From contig OX597826.1 in the NCBI GenBank assembly GCA_951406725.2, positions 32,426,001-32,490,000 on the forward strand: a stretch of 64,000 bases of DNA, in the 5' to 3' direction. Source of the stretch: Octopus vulgaris (lineage: Eukaryota). The notes beneath the pieces are model-generated. The model saw only the letters and a list, made by a program, of their open reading frames with translations. It was not told the DNA's origin and did not search any database. Numbering within the stretch: the stretch's first letter is position 1; each line of letters starts with the position of its first letter. Of this stretch, positions 1-12,420 are shown in pieces. Position numbers and translations under genes: made by a program.

Positions 1-464
1 GTTCGGCCCAAGGTGGCACTTCCAAATTCCTGTTCGAAATATATAGTTTTCAAAGTGACAACTAGTCACTAATCTATAAATTTGGAGACGATGCCCCCTG
101 GGGCTAAATTACAGCAACATTCGTCCTAAACCAGGATTGCCATGTTATGTTGGCAAACAATCTTTACTCCAAAGTACCGTTGCTGAATCTCTCATTGTGA
201 GATTTAAAAATAATAATTTTCTAAACAATATATTGTTCTCAGACAGAAATAAAGTTGTAAATCATTCTTATTCTGTTATTGTGTGTGTGGGTGTGCATGT
301 GCGCACACAGATGTTCATATGTGTATGTGTGTGTGTGTGTGCATGTGTGTATGAGTGATTGTGAAGAAATGACATGTCTGTAGAACTGGAGATGTTGATG
401 CAGAAATTTGGAGATATGGTAACTGAGATATTGAATTTTATGTGCTTTGTGAAGTGGTCGGTGA

Positions 465-625
465 TAAGAATGATGTCCAGCTGTAGAGACCAGGACAAAA
501 ATCAAAATATGTCTGAGCACCAGTTTGGAGAACTGTAACTCCTAGCAAGAAATGGCTTGGATTATAGCGATCCATCTAACTCATGCCAGCATGGTACGTG
601 GATGTAATATGATGATGATGATGAT
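465..625 (+). mobile_element. Family C retroposon 3' fragment (RTE-like tail ending in (GAT)n)
   Basis: Diverged match to the catccagctgtagaaac...aacccatgccagcatgg...gatgatgat tail seen at 4716-5175 and 45018-45350. Confidence 0.6.
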
Positions 626-1277
626 ATGTATGCCAGTTTCAAGAATAGTGACCCAGTAATGCAATGTGTTATGAAAAGTAATAAAAGAGTTATTGTCAGG
701 AATGGAACCCAGCCACGAATTACTGCTTCTGAAAGCACTCACCACTTTCTAATTCTCATACCATCATAGAAAAGTGGACAAAAACAAAACAATTACGATG
801 TTTATATACCTCAAGTCATGAAACTTTTTGGAGGAACAGACATCAGATCTTCTGACAGCCTTCTCTGTCAAAGACTAACAATCTATCCAGAAGCAGTTTT
901 GTCTCTCATCTCTCATCTACAATGTGCTTTAATGTTACAGACTCTCTGATGTTGTCAAACAATGGTTTTTGTTTTTTTTATAAACAAAACAAACTACCAG
1001 TGGCTGAACTAGCATGTCATGTTTATCTGCGTTTCTGTTCATTGCAGCACACACAGCAAAAATGGTATTAATTCAGTTAGGAACATAAGACATCGTTTAA
1101 TCTAAAATCTTCACATTCTTCAAACACAGCAAACTACAATATGTCTTCTTCTCTTGACCTCTGCCAGAAACAGAGACCATCAGCTGTCATCTTGACTGTT
1201 CTTCCCCGACTTACAGACACACTTTCAAAGCACCGACCACAATATTGTTCTACACTACTGTTACTCCAAATATCACT

Positions 1278-1303
1278 AATAATATTATTATTACTACTAC
1301 TAC

Positions 1304-1353
<50 letters not shown>

Positions 1354-1398
1354 GTAGTAGTAGTAGTAGTAGCAGTAGTAGTATCATCATCATCATCG

Positions 1399-1430
<32 letters not shown>

Positions 1431-1465
1431 ATTATTATTATTATTATTATCATTGTTATTATTTA
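1278..1465. repeat. Compound trinucleotide microsatellite (ATT/AGT/ATC/GTT)n
   Basis: Directly visible; source of the poly-L/I/V ORFs. A second block lies at 1639-1735. Confidence 0.95.
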
Positions 1466-1637
1466 CTTTAAGTAATAAACTAGAGTTATATGACGTTTTA
1501 CCGTCTTCTACATAAACACCATTATTGCTTGGATTTTGACAACATTTGTATAGGTTTTTGTTTTCGTATCTGTTTAGCCATTACAACTAGTAGTAAAAGT
1601 TGTAGTAGCAGCAGTGGAGTGATGGTGGGAATAGAAA

Positions 1638-1730
<93 letters not shown>

Positions 1731-2340
1731 CAGCAAGAATATTAAAAGTTAGTAACGATGTTGAATGCAGTTGTTATTTAGCACCAGGTGAGTTGTGAAG
1801 AAGCAGATCAATGGTGAAAAATCAAAACAGAGACGTAACATGAGAGAAGGAATGGGTAGAACAAGCTGGCAGGGGTCACGGTCCCATGGGCACAGATGTG
1901 AAGGGGCACAGAATTTCTTCTGGTCAGCTTCTTCACATTGCTGCTATTAAGGCTGCAAATCAGAAGGGTCATTACAACATCTGAGTTCAAAGCCTACCAA
2001 TGTCAACTGCACTTTTTATTCCTTGAGGGTGGGAATCAATAAAAGAAGCATCAGTCTAGTTGTAGGGGCCATTTCTTTTTTTCATGGAACTGAATCAGCT
2101 GCATAGAAATTGCTTGGATACAAGTGGTTGTATTTGTGTGTGTGTGTAATGTGTTTTACTGTACACGTTCTTATTTAAATGCTCAGGATAAGGAAAAACT
2201 ACTTTGTATACATATAGACACAGATATGCATATAAATATGTATATAGTTGGAATTTACAAAAAACAAACAAAACAAAAGACAAAGACGGGTGTGTAAACA
2301 ACAAACAGATGTATTAATTTAACACTCGGGAAGTGAGAAA

Positions 2341-2378
2341 GTCTTTTACATTTCGAGCCTATACTCTTCAACAGAAAG
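2341..2378 (-). ncRNA. Degenerate minimal hammerhead ribozyme-like motif
   Basis: Minus strand CUUU-CUGUUGA-A-GAGU-auag-GCUC-GAAA-UG-UA-AAAG; stem I CUUU/AAAG; core has U in place of conserved A6. Confidence 0.4.
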
Positions 2379-2404
2379 GAACACAGAAATAAGCAGAGAG
2401 AGAA

Positions 2405-2461
<57 letters not shown>

Positions 2462-2559
2462 ATCAAAACATGAAAACACAAAGAGAAAACACAACAACGC
2501 GAGGACGTGGAACAAATATAGTATTATTGGACGCTCAGGAAAGGAAAGAAAGAAGGAGA

Positions 2560-2594
2560 ATTTAATGTTTCGAGCAGAGCTCATCGTCAGAAAC
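2560..2594 (-). ncRNA. Minimal type I hammerhead ribozyme-like motif
   Basis: Minus strand GUUU-CUGACGA-U-GAGC-ucu-GCUC-GAAA-CA-UU-AAAU; intact CUGANGA and GAAA boxes, 4-bp stem II, short stem I. Confidence 0.55.
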
Positions 2595-2667
2595 ATATGA
2601 AAAGGAAAGATCCAAGGAAGGGAAGACGGAGGAAAAAATTGCCAACGGTACACACGCGGTCACACAT

Positions 2668-2710
<43 letters not shown>

Positions 2711-2930
2711 ATGTGTAATATATCTGCTATAAATAAAACACACAGACATACACACACACACACACACATATGTGCATAATTTAGAATCTGAAATATCTTG
2801 AATTGTAACTCTCTGCATTTCATATTTCTGATTGTTGAACCAATCATATAAAGTAACAGCCAGAGATTGTTTAAGAAAATTTATAATAAATCCAATGAGA
2901 AATTGCCCCCATCTCACTCTCTCTCTCTCT

Positions 2931-2965
<35 letters not shown>

Positions 2966-2966
<1 letters not shown>

Positions 2967-3785
2967 CACAACCCACTACAGTAATCCAGCCCCCAAACGA
3001 AGTTAATAACATTATCCAGCACGTATTCAGTTTATCCCTTCCTGAAGACTATCCTTCAACTATGTAATTCATCATTAGAATAGTACATTAAAAGACAGTG
3101 TCTTCAAAGACAGAATACATCAATATAATACGGTACTGTTACATCTAAATGCAAAAATAAGAAAATGGCGCAATCCTCCTTATAGTTTAAGTGTTCATTT
3201 TAATATTGATGACTTTCCCTAAACCCCTATAGACAAGCATTTCTCACAGACCATAGATATCGTAAGATCTTTAATCAGAGTAATATTTGGCTGAGCTGCA
3301 GTTGCACCAAAATCTTTGTTGCTTCCATAGACACTAGAAAGGCAGAAAACTTTTCTTGTACAATGATATTAAACTCTTTTTCTTAATGTAATTAGAGTGG
3401 CCATAACGTCTATTCTTTAAAAGATATGTGTCTTTCTAAAGTTTATCTTATCAAGTTAATATCTTTCTTAGAAATGACGGTAAAACAAAATACTTCTTTT
3501 AAAAGAGCTTTTAAAAGAAGGTTTTTATGATGATTGTATTCATTTAGACATTTAACTATTTCACTATTTGAATATATCTTTAGTTTAAGATGATAATATC
3601 AAGAATTATAAGATAGATTGGTCTATTATGGAGCAAGCTTCCTCCTATATTATCAGTTTTAGAAACTACGATCTCAGTGATTCAAAGAAGTATAACCTTC
3701 TGTCGCAGGTCTTTTGAACAAAATATTGGACTTGGTGGATTCTTGTAAACATTTTTGTTACTATTTACTGAGAAAGTCCAGATGG
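2966..3785 (+). pseudogene. Decayed Penelope-like retroelement ORF (RT thumb, linker and GIY-YIG endonuclease), probably Naiad-type
   Basis: Hand translation across stops and frameshifts gives NSTLKDSVFKDRI, KWRNPPYSLSV, IDKHF, HRYRKIFNQSNIWLSCSCT, CN*SGHNVYSLKDMCL, FKRRF, YKIDWSIMEQASSY, LVDSCKH, colinear with the PLE motifs WFNPPYS / LIDKHF / KIFNRN / SYSC / CNC..CPL.G.CL / I.WSI / CRH. Confidence 0.8.
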
Positions 3786-4715
3786 CTAACGAATGTCATG
3801 TCCTACATAATAGATTAACGATACTCTAGATGAAGACCATAATAATTTAGTGATCAACAGGAAGCACTTCTGTTACTTATGTCTGTTTTACATACATAGT
3901 GCCAAAGATATGAGAACATGTGTTTTTGCTCCATGGAAAAATTAAAACACCACATGTGCAGATCATAGTAAAGAATAGTTGAATATGTAACACATTTTCT
4001 AATGTCTTTTAGTTTTTGGCAATAAATCAAATCTCAGTATATAGTTGGCTAATCATCTTTTGATATGCTTGTGAATATATTTTGATCAGCACATCCAATG
4101 AAATAACCAATCATTTGACCAATCACATCATCAACTGTATAACCATTCAGATGCTTCTAAAACAGTCTTGTATCAATAACTACACAAAGCATAAATACAG
4201 GTTATTTGGCAAGCAACTTGAAATCAAACTACACAATATATAAAAATTTCCTCATCATCATCGTTGTCGTCGTTGTCGTCATTGTCATCGTCTTCATCAT
4301 CATCATTTTAATGTTTACTTTTCTGGTTGCTTGCATGACTCATGCAGAGTTTATTGAAGCAAACACTATTCCTGTCACCAACCCTCACCTGTTTCTGAGC
4401 AAGGTAATATTTCCTCCCATGGCCAGACTTGTTCTCACAGAATATCGGAAATCAGTGGCACTGATTGTATGAAAGTGACATTTACAACTATCACACACTG
4501 TCAATATATGAACATACACACACACACACACACACACACTCCTACACATACACACACAGAGACTCCCACAAACACACACACACACAGACATATATGTTTG
4601 TGTACTTTTTGAGTTGTATATGAAAACATAGAACTGAATAAGCACTTGTGAAGATTAGGACAGCTGGTTTATATATATGTATACACACACACATCATATA
4701 TATATATATTGAATT

Positions 4716-5175
4716 CATAGCTGTTACCTACACCAGTATCACATAACCAGCCCACTCAAAAGTACCTTGGATTGTAGAGCTACATGCCATGCTTGAGGAG
4801 ACCTATTGAGTCAAGTACATCAAAATCAAATCAAATCACAATCAAATGGAAATTGTAGTTGTGATTCCTGTGCCGGTGGCACATAAAAAGCACCACATGA
4901 ACATGGCCGATGCCAGTGCTACCTTGACTGGCTTTCATGCCAGTGGCATGTAAAAAGCACCATCCAGTTTTGGCCGATGCCAGCCCCCTTTGGCCCCTGT
5001 ACCAGTGGCATGTAAAAATGCACACACTACACTCTCAGAGTGGTTGACATTAGGAAGGGCATCCAGCAGTAGAAACACCACCAGATCAGGCTGGAGTCTG
5101 GTGCAGCCTCCTGGCTTCCCAGACCCCCAGTCGAACCGTGCAACCCATGCTAGCATGGAAAACGGACGTTAAACA
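4716..5175 (+). mobile_element. Family C retroposon with three internal copies of tgccagtggcatgtaaaaagcacc and RTE-like tail
   Basis: Homologous to 45018-45350 (+), 48938-49118 (-), 61670-62070 (-); contains ttaggaagggcatccagc and aacccatgctagcatggaaaacggacgttaaa. Confidence 0.8.
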
Positions 5176-5899
5176 GTGAAACGATGGTATAGACACACAC
5201 ATTTATATATATACTTCAGTAACTGCAGCAAGTTGGTGTATTAGTGGTATCATTAAAGCGTAGGATATCATACATTACAAATATTTTTTATGGCTCCTAA
5301 CATTCTGATTTCAAATACTTCTGAGTTCAACTTGGCCTTCTATATTTCTAGGTTCAATAAAATTCTGTGTCCCTAATAAATTACTGGGGTTCTTGAAATC
5401 CAATCAATACAAACGAGTAATGGGACAGAATGAGTCAAAATCTCTTTACTCAGATGTAGAGTTCTAATTAATGACCATGTGGTAAATTGATAATCCAGGT
5501 GGAATACATAGCCATCACATCGATATTATTATTGATATGTAACAATCTATATTACTGCCAACATACATACAAGCTCACAACCTATTGTTCACTTACACAC
5601 ATGCATCTCTCTCTCTCTCTCTCTCTCTCTCACACTAAATAGATCCCATTAAAAGGTATAATGCAAAAGAAACAGATGTTTTAGTCACAGCAATTCAGGT
5701 CTACCTGAGGAATGCAAGCATCCATTTGGATTAATATCTACCTGTATATCAGCATCAAACCATTGTATGTTTGTAATGGCAGAATTATAAAAAAAAAATG
5801 CATAAATACATAAATACATACACATACCAAGGCACTTACATACATACATGCATGGATACATAATCTAAAGAGGCCCTTGTTTTGTTGTTGTTGTTGATG

Positions 5900-6110
5900 T
5901 TGTTGCTTAGCCCCAGGTCAAGCCTGATTGGTTGAGTAAAAATATTGATCAAAAGCATTCCTGCCTGTAACTGTCATGACCATTCCAGCTTTTCCAAGAA
6001 AACTTGGATTGCCATTATTTAGTGTCATATTCTTTTACTAAGACTGCAGGATATGATCTGAGGGAATTTGGCTGCTATTTCTACCACATTTAGTAACCAT
6101 GTCAAGTCTC
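5900..6110 (+). mobile_element. Family E interspersed repeat
   Basis: Shared motifs ttagccccaggtca...gatttgagggagatttggctgctatttctagc recur near 20075, 22140, 23375-23665, 34925-35450 (-), 39350-39510 (-), 43320-43520 and 46090-46510. Confidence 0.65.
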
Positions 6111-8027
6111 TCTTGTCTCATCTATGTCTCATTTATTTATGACTGAAACAAGTAAAATATAAAAGGTACAAGATATGAGGTCTAAATGAGAGACAGGGTA
6201 CCTTCTCATAAAAAAGGGCTGCATTGAAATTAACTGTTCTCTCACACAGCCACATTAAAAGAATATATATTTTGCTAATCCTATTATTTAATGAAATATA
6301 GATATTTATAGAAACTCTAATGAGATGGAAACAGGTGGGGTTTTGGAATAGTCACTTCCCTGTAACTTTTATTTTTATTTTGTTTTCAAAAATTTCTTTG
6401 GAATTTTATGCAAATTATAATTACTTTAAACAAATAATTACAAATGTTGCTAAAATTTACAATTAATTTGAAAAGATATGCTCTAAATCTAAATAGTTCA
6501 AAGAGAAATCTTGCATAAATGCTCTGGGGTGCATCATCAGCAAAGTTTCTAGGGTCTTAGGTGGTTTCAAGTCTTTCAACATCAGTTCTCACTCAATTTG
6601 TATCCCAGTTGCAAAGTCCACAAGTGGCCAACTCAGCTCTGGTGAGGGAATGTATGGCTCTTCTCTCTATGCATATGATTTTCTTTCAAATGTCATATTT
6701 CACTCAGAAGGCTGTACTTAGCCAACCAAGAGATCATACTCAACCCAACACAAGGTCACACTCAGCCTATCAGAAAGCTGCATTCAGCCCATCAAAAGGT
6801 TATATGTAGCTCTATGGTCACAGATTCCCTAACAGAACTCAAATGAAAACTTAAAGAAATTCTATTAAAACACTCTTTTCAGCATTGTAATAATGCTAAT
6901 AGTAATCATTAAAAAAAAAACCTATCCTGTTAAAAGTGAATTAAAACTTTGGGAATTAAAACCCTATATTGGAATTTCCTGTTTGTGTTTTAGTTTTGGA
7001 AACAGCATAAACACATTAACCTCCTCAGAATCCAAATGATTACTTACATGCTTGTGTTTTCAATGGCTGGTGTATTTTGTAAGTGAATCTATCATTCGCA
7101 AATTACATTTTTAAATATTTTCTTCCAAAGATAATATATTCCATATGTGTATAAAATGTGTTCTATCAACATTGTATATAACACTTTGAAGATTTATTTT
7201 GCCAGTATTACATCTATATTAAATGGGTTTGTCTTTGAAAGTACTTTCTGAAAACACACATAAATAGATTTTAGCATGTGTATTTGTATCTGTGCTAGTA
7301 AATTTGGATACACGCCTATGAGTTTACACACACACACACACATACACACACGAGTATATTTATATATTTCTTCTCACAGTATAGAATTACACAGATATTA
7401 TTTCCTTATTACAAACAAAACTCCAAATATATAACTGAAGAATTTGGTGCAATGTAGAGAAATAATAATTTAAAATGGAGACACAATGTAAAATACCTTG
7501 TTAAAAGACAGAATTCAGTGCTTTTATATCTGTAATACGTATCACATTTCCGATGGCAGAAGGGAAACAATTGCACATGTTGTTGCCATTTTTCTAACAG
7601 AAATCAATACAATTCTATTTAGAGTGGGTGTGTTGCTTTTTTTTTTTTTTTTTTAAATTCTCTATTTGTGTGATTCACACAGAAATGTTTATAAAAATAA
7701 AACACAAGATAACCACAACCATCACCACCACCACCACCATCACCACCACAACCACCACCATCATTATTACACCACAAAAAAAAAAACTATATACCCCCAA
7801 CAACAACCCATGTTGAATCGAATATTTTGCTATTGTTTTGTTGTGATCTATCAACAGGATTGCAAATATTGGTGACAGCATATACAGCTACCAAAAATTG
7901 GATTTTAGGTTTATTACACTTTTGGCAAAAAAAAAAGTGCAAACATTTCTGGAGAATTTCTGAGTAGACAAAGTCTTTTTAATGGCTGCAGTGTAGTTTA
8001 ATGGTTTCCCATTTATTTTTGAAGTTC

Positions 8028-8069
<42 letters not shown>

Positions 8070-8299
8070 GCATATATATCTATATGTATGTATGTATGTA
8101 TTGTATGTATATGTTTTATATCCAGTTATAACAAAGTTTTTCACTGCAGAATTTTACAGTCACACTGCTATAAAATATCGGCTTGCTTGAATAACTGTCG
8201 AAATGAAACCAGCAGCATTGATTTCATCATCATCATCACTATGTCCATCAATTCCATCATCATCATCGTCATGTTTTGGATGCCACAATAGTTATATTA

Positions 8300-8590
8300 T
8301 GCAATAATTCTACTTCCACTTCGCCAAAAATTATTTTGCATAAATTTTTAACTACTTTATTCAATGTATTCATTTACATATATCTACTCTTGCTTCCATT
8401 TTCTGATTTTTTTATGGAACTGAATTTACCATTCTTCATTTATACTTACCCCACCTCTCCAACTGACAATAATGGTACTCTTTATTTCTTCAGACTTTCT
8501 TCCTATTCGTGTATAATGCTTGTTCTATTTGAATCATTTTCGATACCTCTAAATTGTATTTTATCTTCACCCATTACGTATCCCATTTAG
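8300..8590 (-). pseudogene. Possible very old LINE (RTE-like) RT-adjacent fragment
   Basis: Minus frame VPLLSVGEVG*V*MKNGK...LNKVVKNLCKIIFGEVEV loosely resembles the EV..MK.GKA.G.D region; many stops. Confidence 0.25.
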
Positions 8591-8734
8591 CCATTTATAC
8601 AACCTATGTTTCCACAATCATCATCATCATCATCATAATGGTCTGTATTAAGATTCCTTCTAGAACAACAGAATCTCAAGAGTAGTCTTCAACTCATATT
8701 TTACTGCCATACTAAACTACATTCTTATTTTTCA

Positions 8735-9095
8735 TCTTTTATTATCTTTTCCTCGTTTCAATCATTTGACTGTGGCCATGCTGGGGCACCACCTCAAAGA
8801 ATTTTAGTTGAATAAATCAATCCCAGCTCTTATATTTGTTTAAGCCTAGTACTTATTCTATCGGTCTCTTTTGTTGAGCTGCTAAGTTATAGGGATGTAA
8901 ACACACCAACACCAGTTGTTAAGTGCTGGTGGAGGACCAACTAAGATACAAAGACATGCACACACACACACACACACGCACACACATGCACGTGCACACA
9001 CAAGTATATATATGTGTATAATGCAATGGACTTCCTTCAGTTTCCCTCTACCGAATCAACTCACAAAGTTTTGGTCAGCCAGAGGCTATGGAAGA
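8735..9095 (-). mobile_element. Family A SINE, 5'-truncated
   Basis: Reverse complement of the body and tail of 9787-10205 (catttgactgtggccatgctggggcaccacc). Confidence 0.8.
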
Positions 9096-9344
9096 CCACA
9101 GGTATTAAGCAGTCATAAAATGGGGCACAATTGATAATGTAGTCCAAGGTATACTTCGTAGTGGCTGGAATGTTTTTGATTACTGACTCAGCTCAGTCAG
9201 TGCCAACTTGGGTCCCAACAACACCCTAACTAACATACTAATTAGCTCTTATAACAAACAAATTAGTCGTGGTAAGTGTGAATTACTACTTTCTGACCTT
9301 CATTCTCTCATGGTTGATGTCATTGCTCACCCTGACCCTTAAAC

Positions 9345-9600
9345 CAGATCCTAATGTCCATCATCACCTCTCAGGTAAATATCATTACTTCACATCATCT
9401 TACAGGTAAAAAATCATTATACATCAACACCCTTACAGGTAAATATCATCTGGTCTTGCTCAACAGGTAAGCATCATTACACATCATTGCTTAACAGGTA
9501 AATACCATTGTCTTTAATCAATCTAAAGGTAAGCATCATTGATCACCATCACCTGACAGGTAATCATCATCACCCAATATCAGTTTGCAGAGGTAAACTT
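9345..9600 (+). repeat. Degenerate ~31-bp tandem array with conserved (C)AGGTAA-NN-ATCAT core
   Basis: Cores start at 9372, 9403, 9436, 9464, 9495, 9526, 9557, 9590. Confidence 0.85.
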
Positions 9601-9786
9601 TCTTAATCCAACACCCAATCACACCCATAGAATACAGATTAATCAGGATTTCTAATGAGTACATTCTGTTGTGGCTTTAATACACCAGTCACTCTGCAAC
9701 CCAAGGAATGGCGGTGGGTGGTTGGGGGAATAGGAACAAAAAGAAGTAGATGTAAAACAATGTTTATGATTATAATGATGATGATA

Positions 9787-10205
9787 GGCGCAGGAGTGGC
9801 TGTGTGGTAAGTAGCTTGCTTACCAACCACATGGTTCCGGGTTCAGTCCCACTGCATGGCACTTTGGGTAAGTGTCTTCTACTATAGTCCTGGGCCAACC
9901 AAAGCCTTGTGAGTGGATTTGGTAGATGGAAACTGAAAGAAGTCCGTCGTATATATGTATATGTATATGTAAATATGCGTGTGTGTGTTTGTGTATCTGT
10001 GTTTGCCAACCGCAATATCGCTTGACAACCAATGCTGGTGTGTTTGCGTCCCTGTAGCTTAGTGGTTCGGCAAAAGAGACCAATAGAATAAGTACGAGGC
10101 TTACAAAGAATAAGTCCTGGGTTCGATTTGGTCGACTAAAGGTGGTGCTCCAGCATGGCCGCAGTCAAATGACTGAAGCAAATAAAAGAGTAAAGAGTAA
10201 AGAGA
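9787..10205 (+). mobile_element. Family A tRNA-derived SINE, full length (resembles octopus OK/OR-type SINEs, from memory)
   Basis: A-box-like TGGCTGTGTGG, B-box-like GGTTCAGTCCC, internal TA/TG tract, tail ggtgctccagcatggccgcagtcaaatgactgaa plus AG-rich repeat; more than 10 relatives in window. Confidence 0.9.
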
Positions 10206-11021
10206 GAGAGAGTATGTTGATGGTTGCACAGCTTCTTTTATTATATTAGTATATTGTGAATGTGTGTGTGTCTGTGTCAGTATGAGTGTGTGTGTGTGTG
10301 TGTGTGGTGCGTGTGGGTGCATGCGTGTGAGAATTAGATTAAAAAAAGACTAAAGGAGTATGGGAAAGATTATTTGCCCTCTAGGTTTTATAGTTCAGCT
10401 CACTTTGTATATCTATCTGTCTATTTATCTATTTATCTATCTATATGTATATATGTATACGTGTATGTGCATGCATGTGTGTGTATCTATATATATCTAT
10501 ATACACATACATAGGCATATAAATATATTTGCATGCATACAAACACACATACATATAAGCACACATATTCAAACATCGTTTTCTTCAACTAATAAGACTT
10601 TAGCTAATTAATCTCTTTACAATAATTTCATATAAAGAAATTTACCCTGTAAACCACATTAATCAATATACAACAATAACAAAATAACAACAACGATGAC
10701 ATCAACAACAGCAAAAACAAGAACATTAACAACAATAAAATATGTAATAAAATAATATAATAATCACAAAATAATGAAATATAATGTATAATATATATTT
10801 CAGACTATTTTTAAAAACAGAACAGAGTAATGTTTTTCCTTAATTTGATTATATACACAAACTGCTCTCGAGTATATATCTATCTATCTATCTGCCTATC
10901 TATCTATCTATCTATCTATGTATCTATCTACCTATTTACCTATCTATATAGCTATCTATCTATCCACCTATCTGTCTGTCTATCTATCTACCTCTCTGTC
11001 TGTCTATCTATCTATCTATTT

Positions 11022-11306
11022 ATTCTTTTACTTGTTTCAGTCAGTTGACTGGGACACCACCTATTATCGATCCCAGGACTTATTCTCTGCATCGGATGTC
11101 AAGTGATGTTAAGAGGACAAACACAGACACATAAACACACATGCACACTTACATATAAATATACATATATACGATGGGCTTCTTTCAGTTTCCATCTACT
11201 AAATTCACTCACAGAAGATACTTGCCCAAGGTGCCACGCAGTGGGACTGAACCCAGAACCATGTGGCTGGTAAGCAAGCTATTTACCACACAGCCACTCC
11301 TGCACC
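11022..11306 (-). mobile_element. Family A SINE, internally deleted
   Basis: Head cttgcccaaggtgccacgcagtgggactgaacccagaaccatgtg...cacacagccactcctgcacc is the reverse complement of 9787-9880. Confidence 0.85.
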
Positions 11307-11332
11307 TATATATTTATTTACATTGATATATT

Positions 11333-11363
<31 letters not shown>

Positions 11364-12277
11364 GCACACACACAAGCACACACACACACACACACCATTC
11401 TCTCGAATATAATGGCTGCTTAGGAATAGAGAGTTAATTTTACAAGTGTTTATTGCTATAATTTTAGTTTTTATTTAAACAATGGTTGAGATATTTTCAA
11501 GAGTAGAAAGAATTTTCACAAGTCTTGGAGAAGTTATAAATGTGTGAAAATTTAATAAATTAATTTTTGCCAAATATACAATAATGAAGTAAGTATTCTT
11601 GAAAATTAAATTTCTTGTCAATAAAAACGCATATTCTTCTATTTATATGTGTGTCTGAGTGGGTGTTTGTTTCTGTGTGTGTTTGTCTGTATTTGTGTGT
11701 GTATGTGTGTGCGTGTATGCTGTGTGTGTGAGCATTTTCTAAATTTACTTTTATGTTGCAATTTTTCCGCAACATCATTGCTTTGTGCGTGTGTGCGTGC
11801 ACTTATTTGTTTGTGTGTGAGTATGTATTTCTGTATCTGTGTGTATGTGTGTGTGCATGTTTGTATGTGTGAGTGAGTGTTTGTATGTGTGTATGTGTGT
11901 AAGTTGCTATTTGTCAGCGATGGCGTAGCTTTGTGCATGTGTGTGTGTGTATCTGCACAGAGTTGTTTGGTATACGTATGGGTGTGTATTTGTGTATCTG
12001 TGTGTGTGTGTGCGTGTGTGCACACGCACTTGCCACCACTGCTTCATTGCATTTGTCATTATAAAAGCAATAAAGAAACACCCATAACATGAGAGACTTC
12101 GTTTGAAGAACACCAATTTTCACCAGTCTTTTCACCCTAAGTCAATATACTGTGGCAGACACAAATACAGGCAACCATATATAGACACATACATAAACAC
12201 AGAGATGCATACATATACATATAATCATGCAGGCATTCATACACAAACACACACACAAACATATGTACACACACACA

Positions 12278-12317
<40 letters not shown>

Positions 12318-12420
12318 TATGCACACATATACAACCGTAAATGCCTACATGCATACATACATGTATGTATGGACATACATGTGAGCATACACAGATAAAT
12401 ATAAATATGTATATTTTTTG

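Larger units (their letters stand above)
2265..2665 (-). mobile_element. Non-autonomous repeat modules with hammerhead-like cores (probable Penelope pLTR or retrozyme derivative), split by a (TA)n tract
   Basis: Two minus-strand CTGNNGA-N-stem-GAAA motifs at about 2341-2378 and 2560-2594; (TA)n at 2409-2457. Confidence 0.55.

Noticed and set aside
120-200. DCHVML peptide reminiscent of the CACTA transposase SHDCH motif
   Set aside because: Only a few residues match, short frame, no supporting flanks
1141-1798. ORFs with poly-Leu/Val/Ile that look like membrane proteins
   Set aside because: Entirely explained by trinucleotide microsatellites open in several frames
3825-3870. Possible hammerhead in the Penelope 3' region (agatgaagacc...gaagc)
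   Set aside because: Core residues and stems too degraded to support
6500-6850. Higher-complexity segment with 82-aa ORF
   Set aside because: No recognisable motif, splice signals or second copy in the window
7497-7582. Minus-strand exon candidate (KWQQHVQLFPFCHRKCDTYYRYKSTEFCLLT)
   Set aside because: Weak GTATTT donor and no recognisable homology; compatible with chance
9345-9600. CRISPR array interpretation
   Set aside because: Eukaryotic context, conserved core only ~7-14 bp, spacers related to one another, no cas genes
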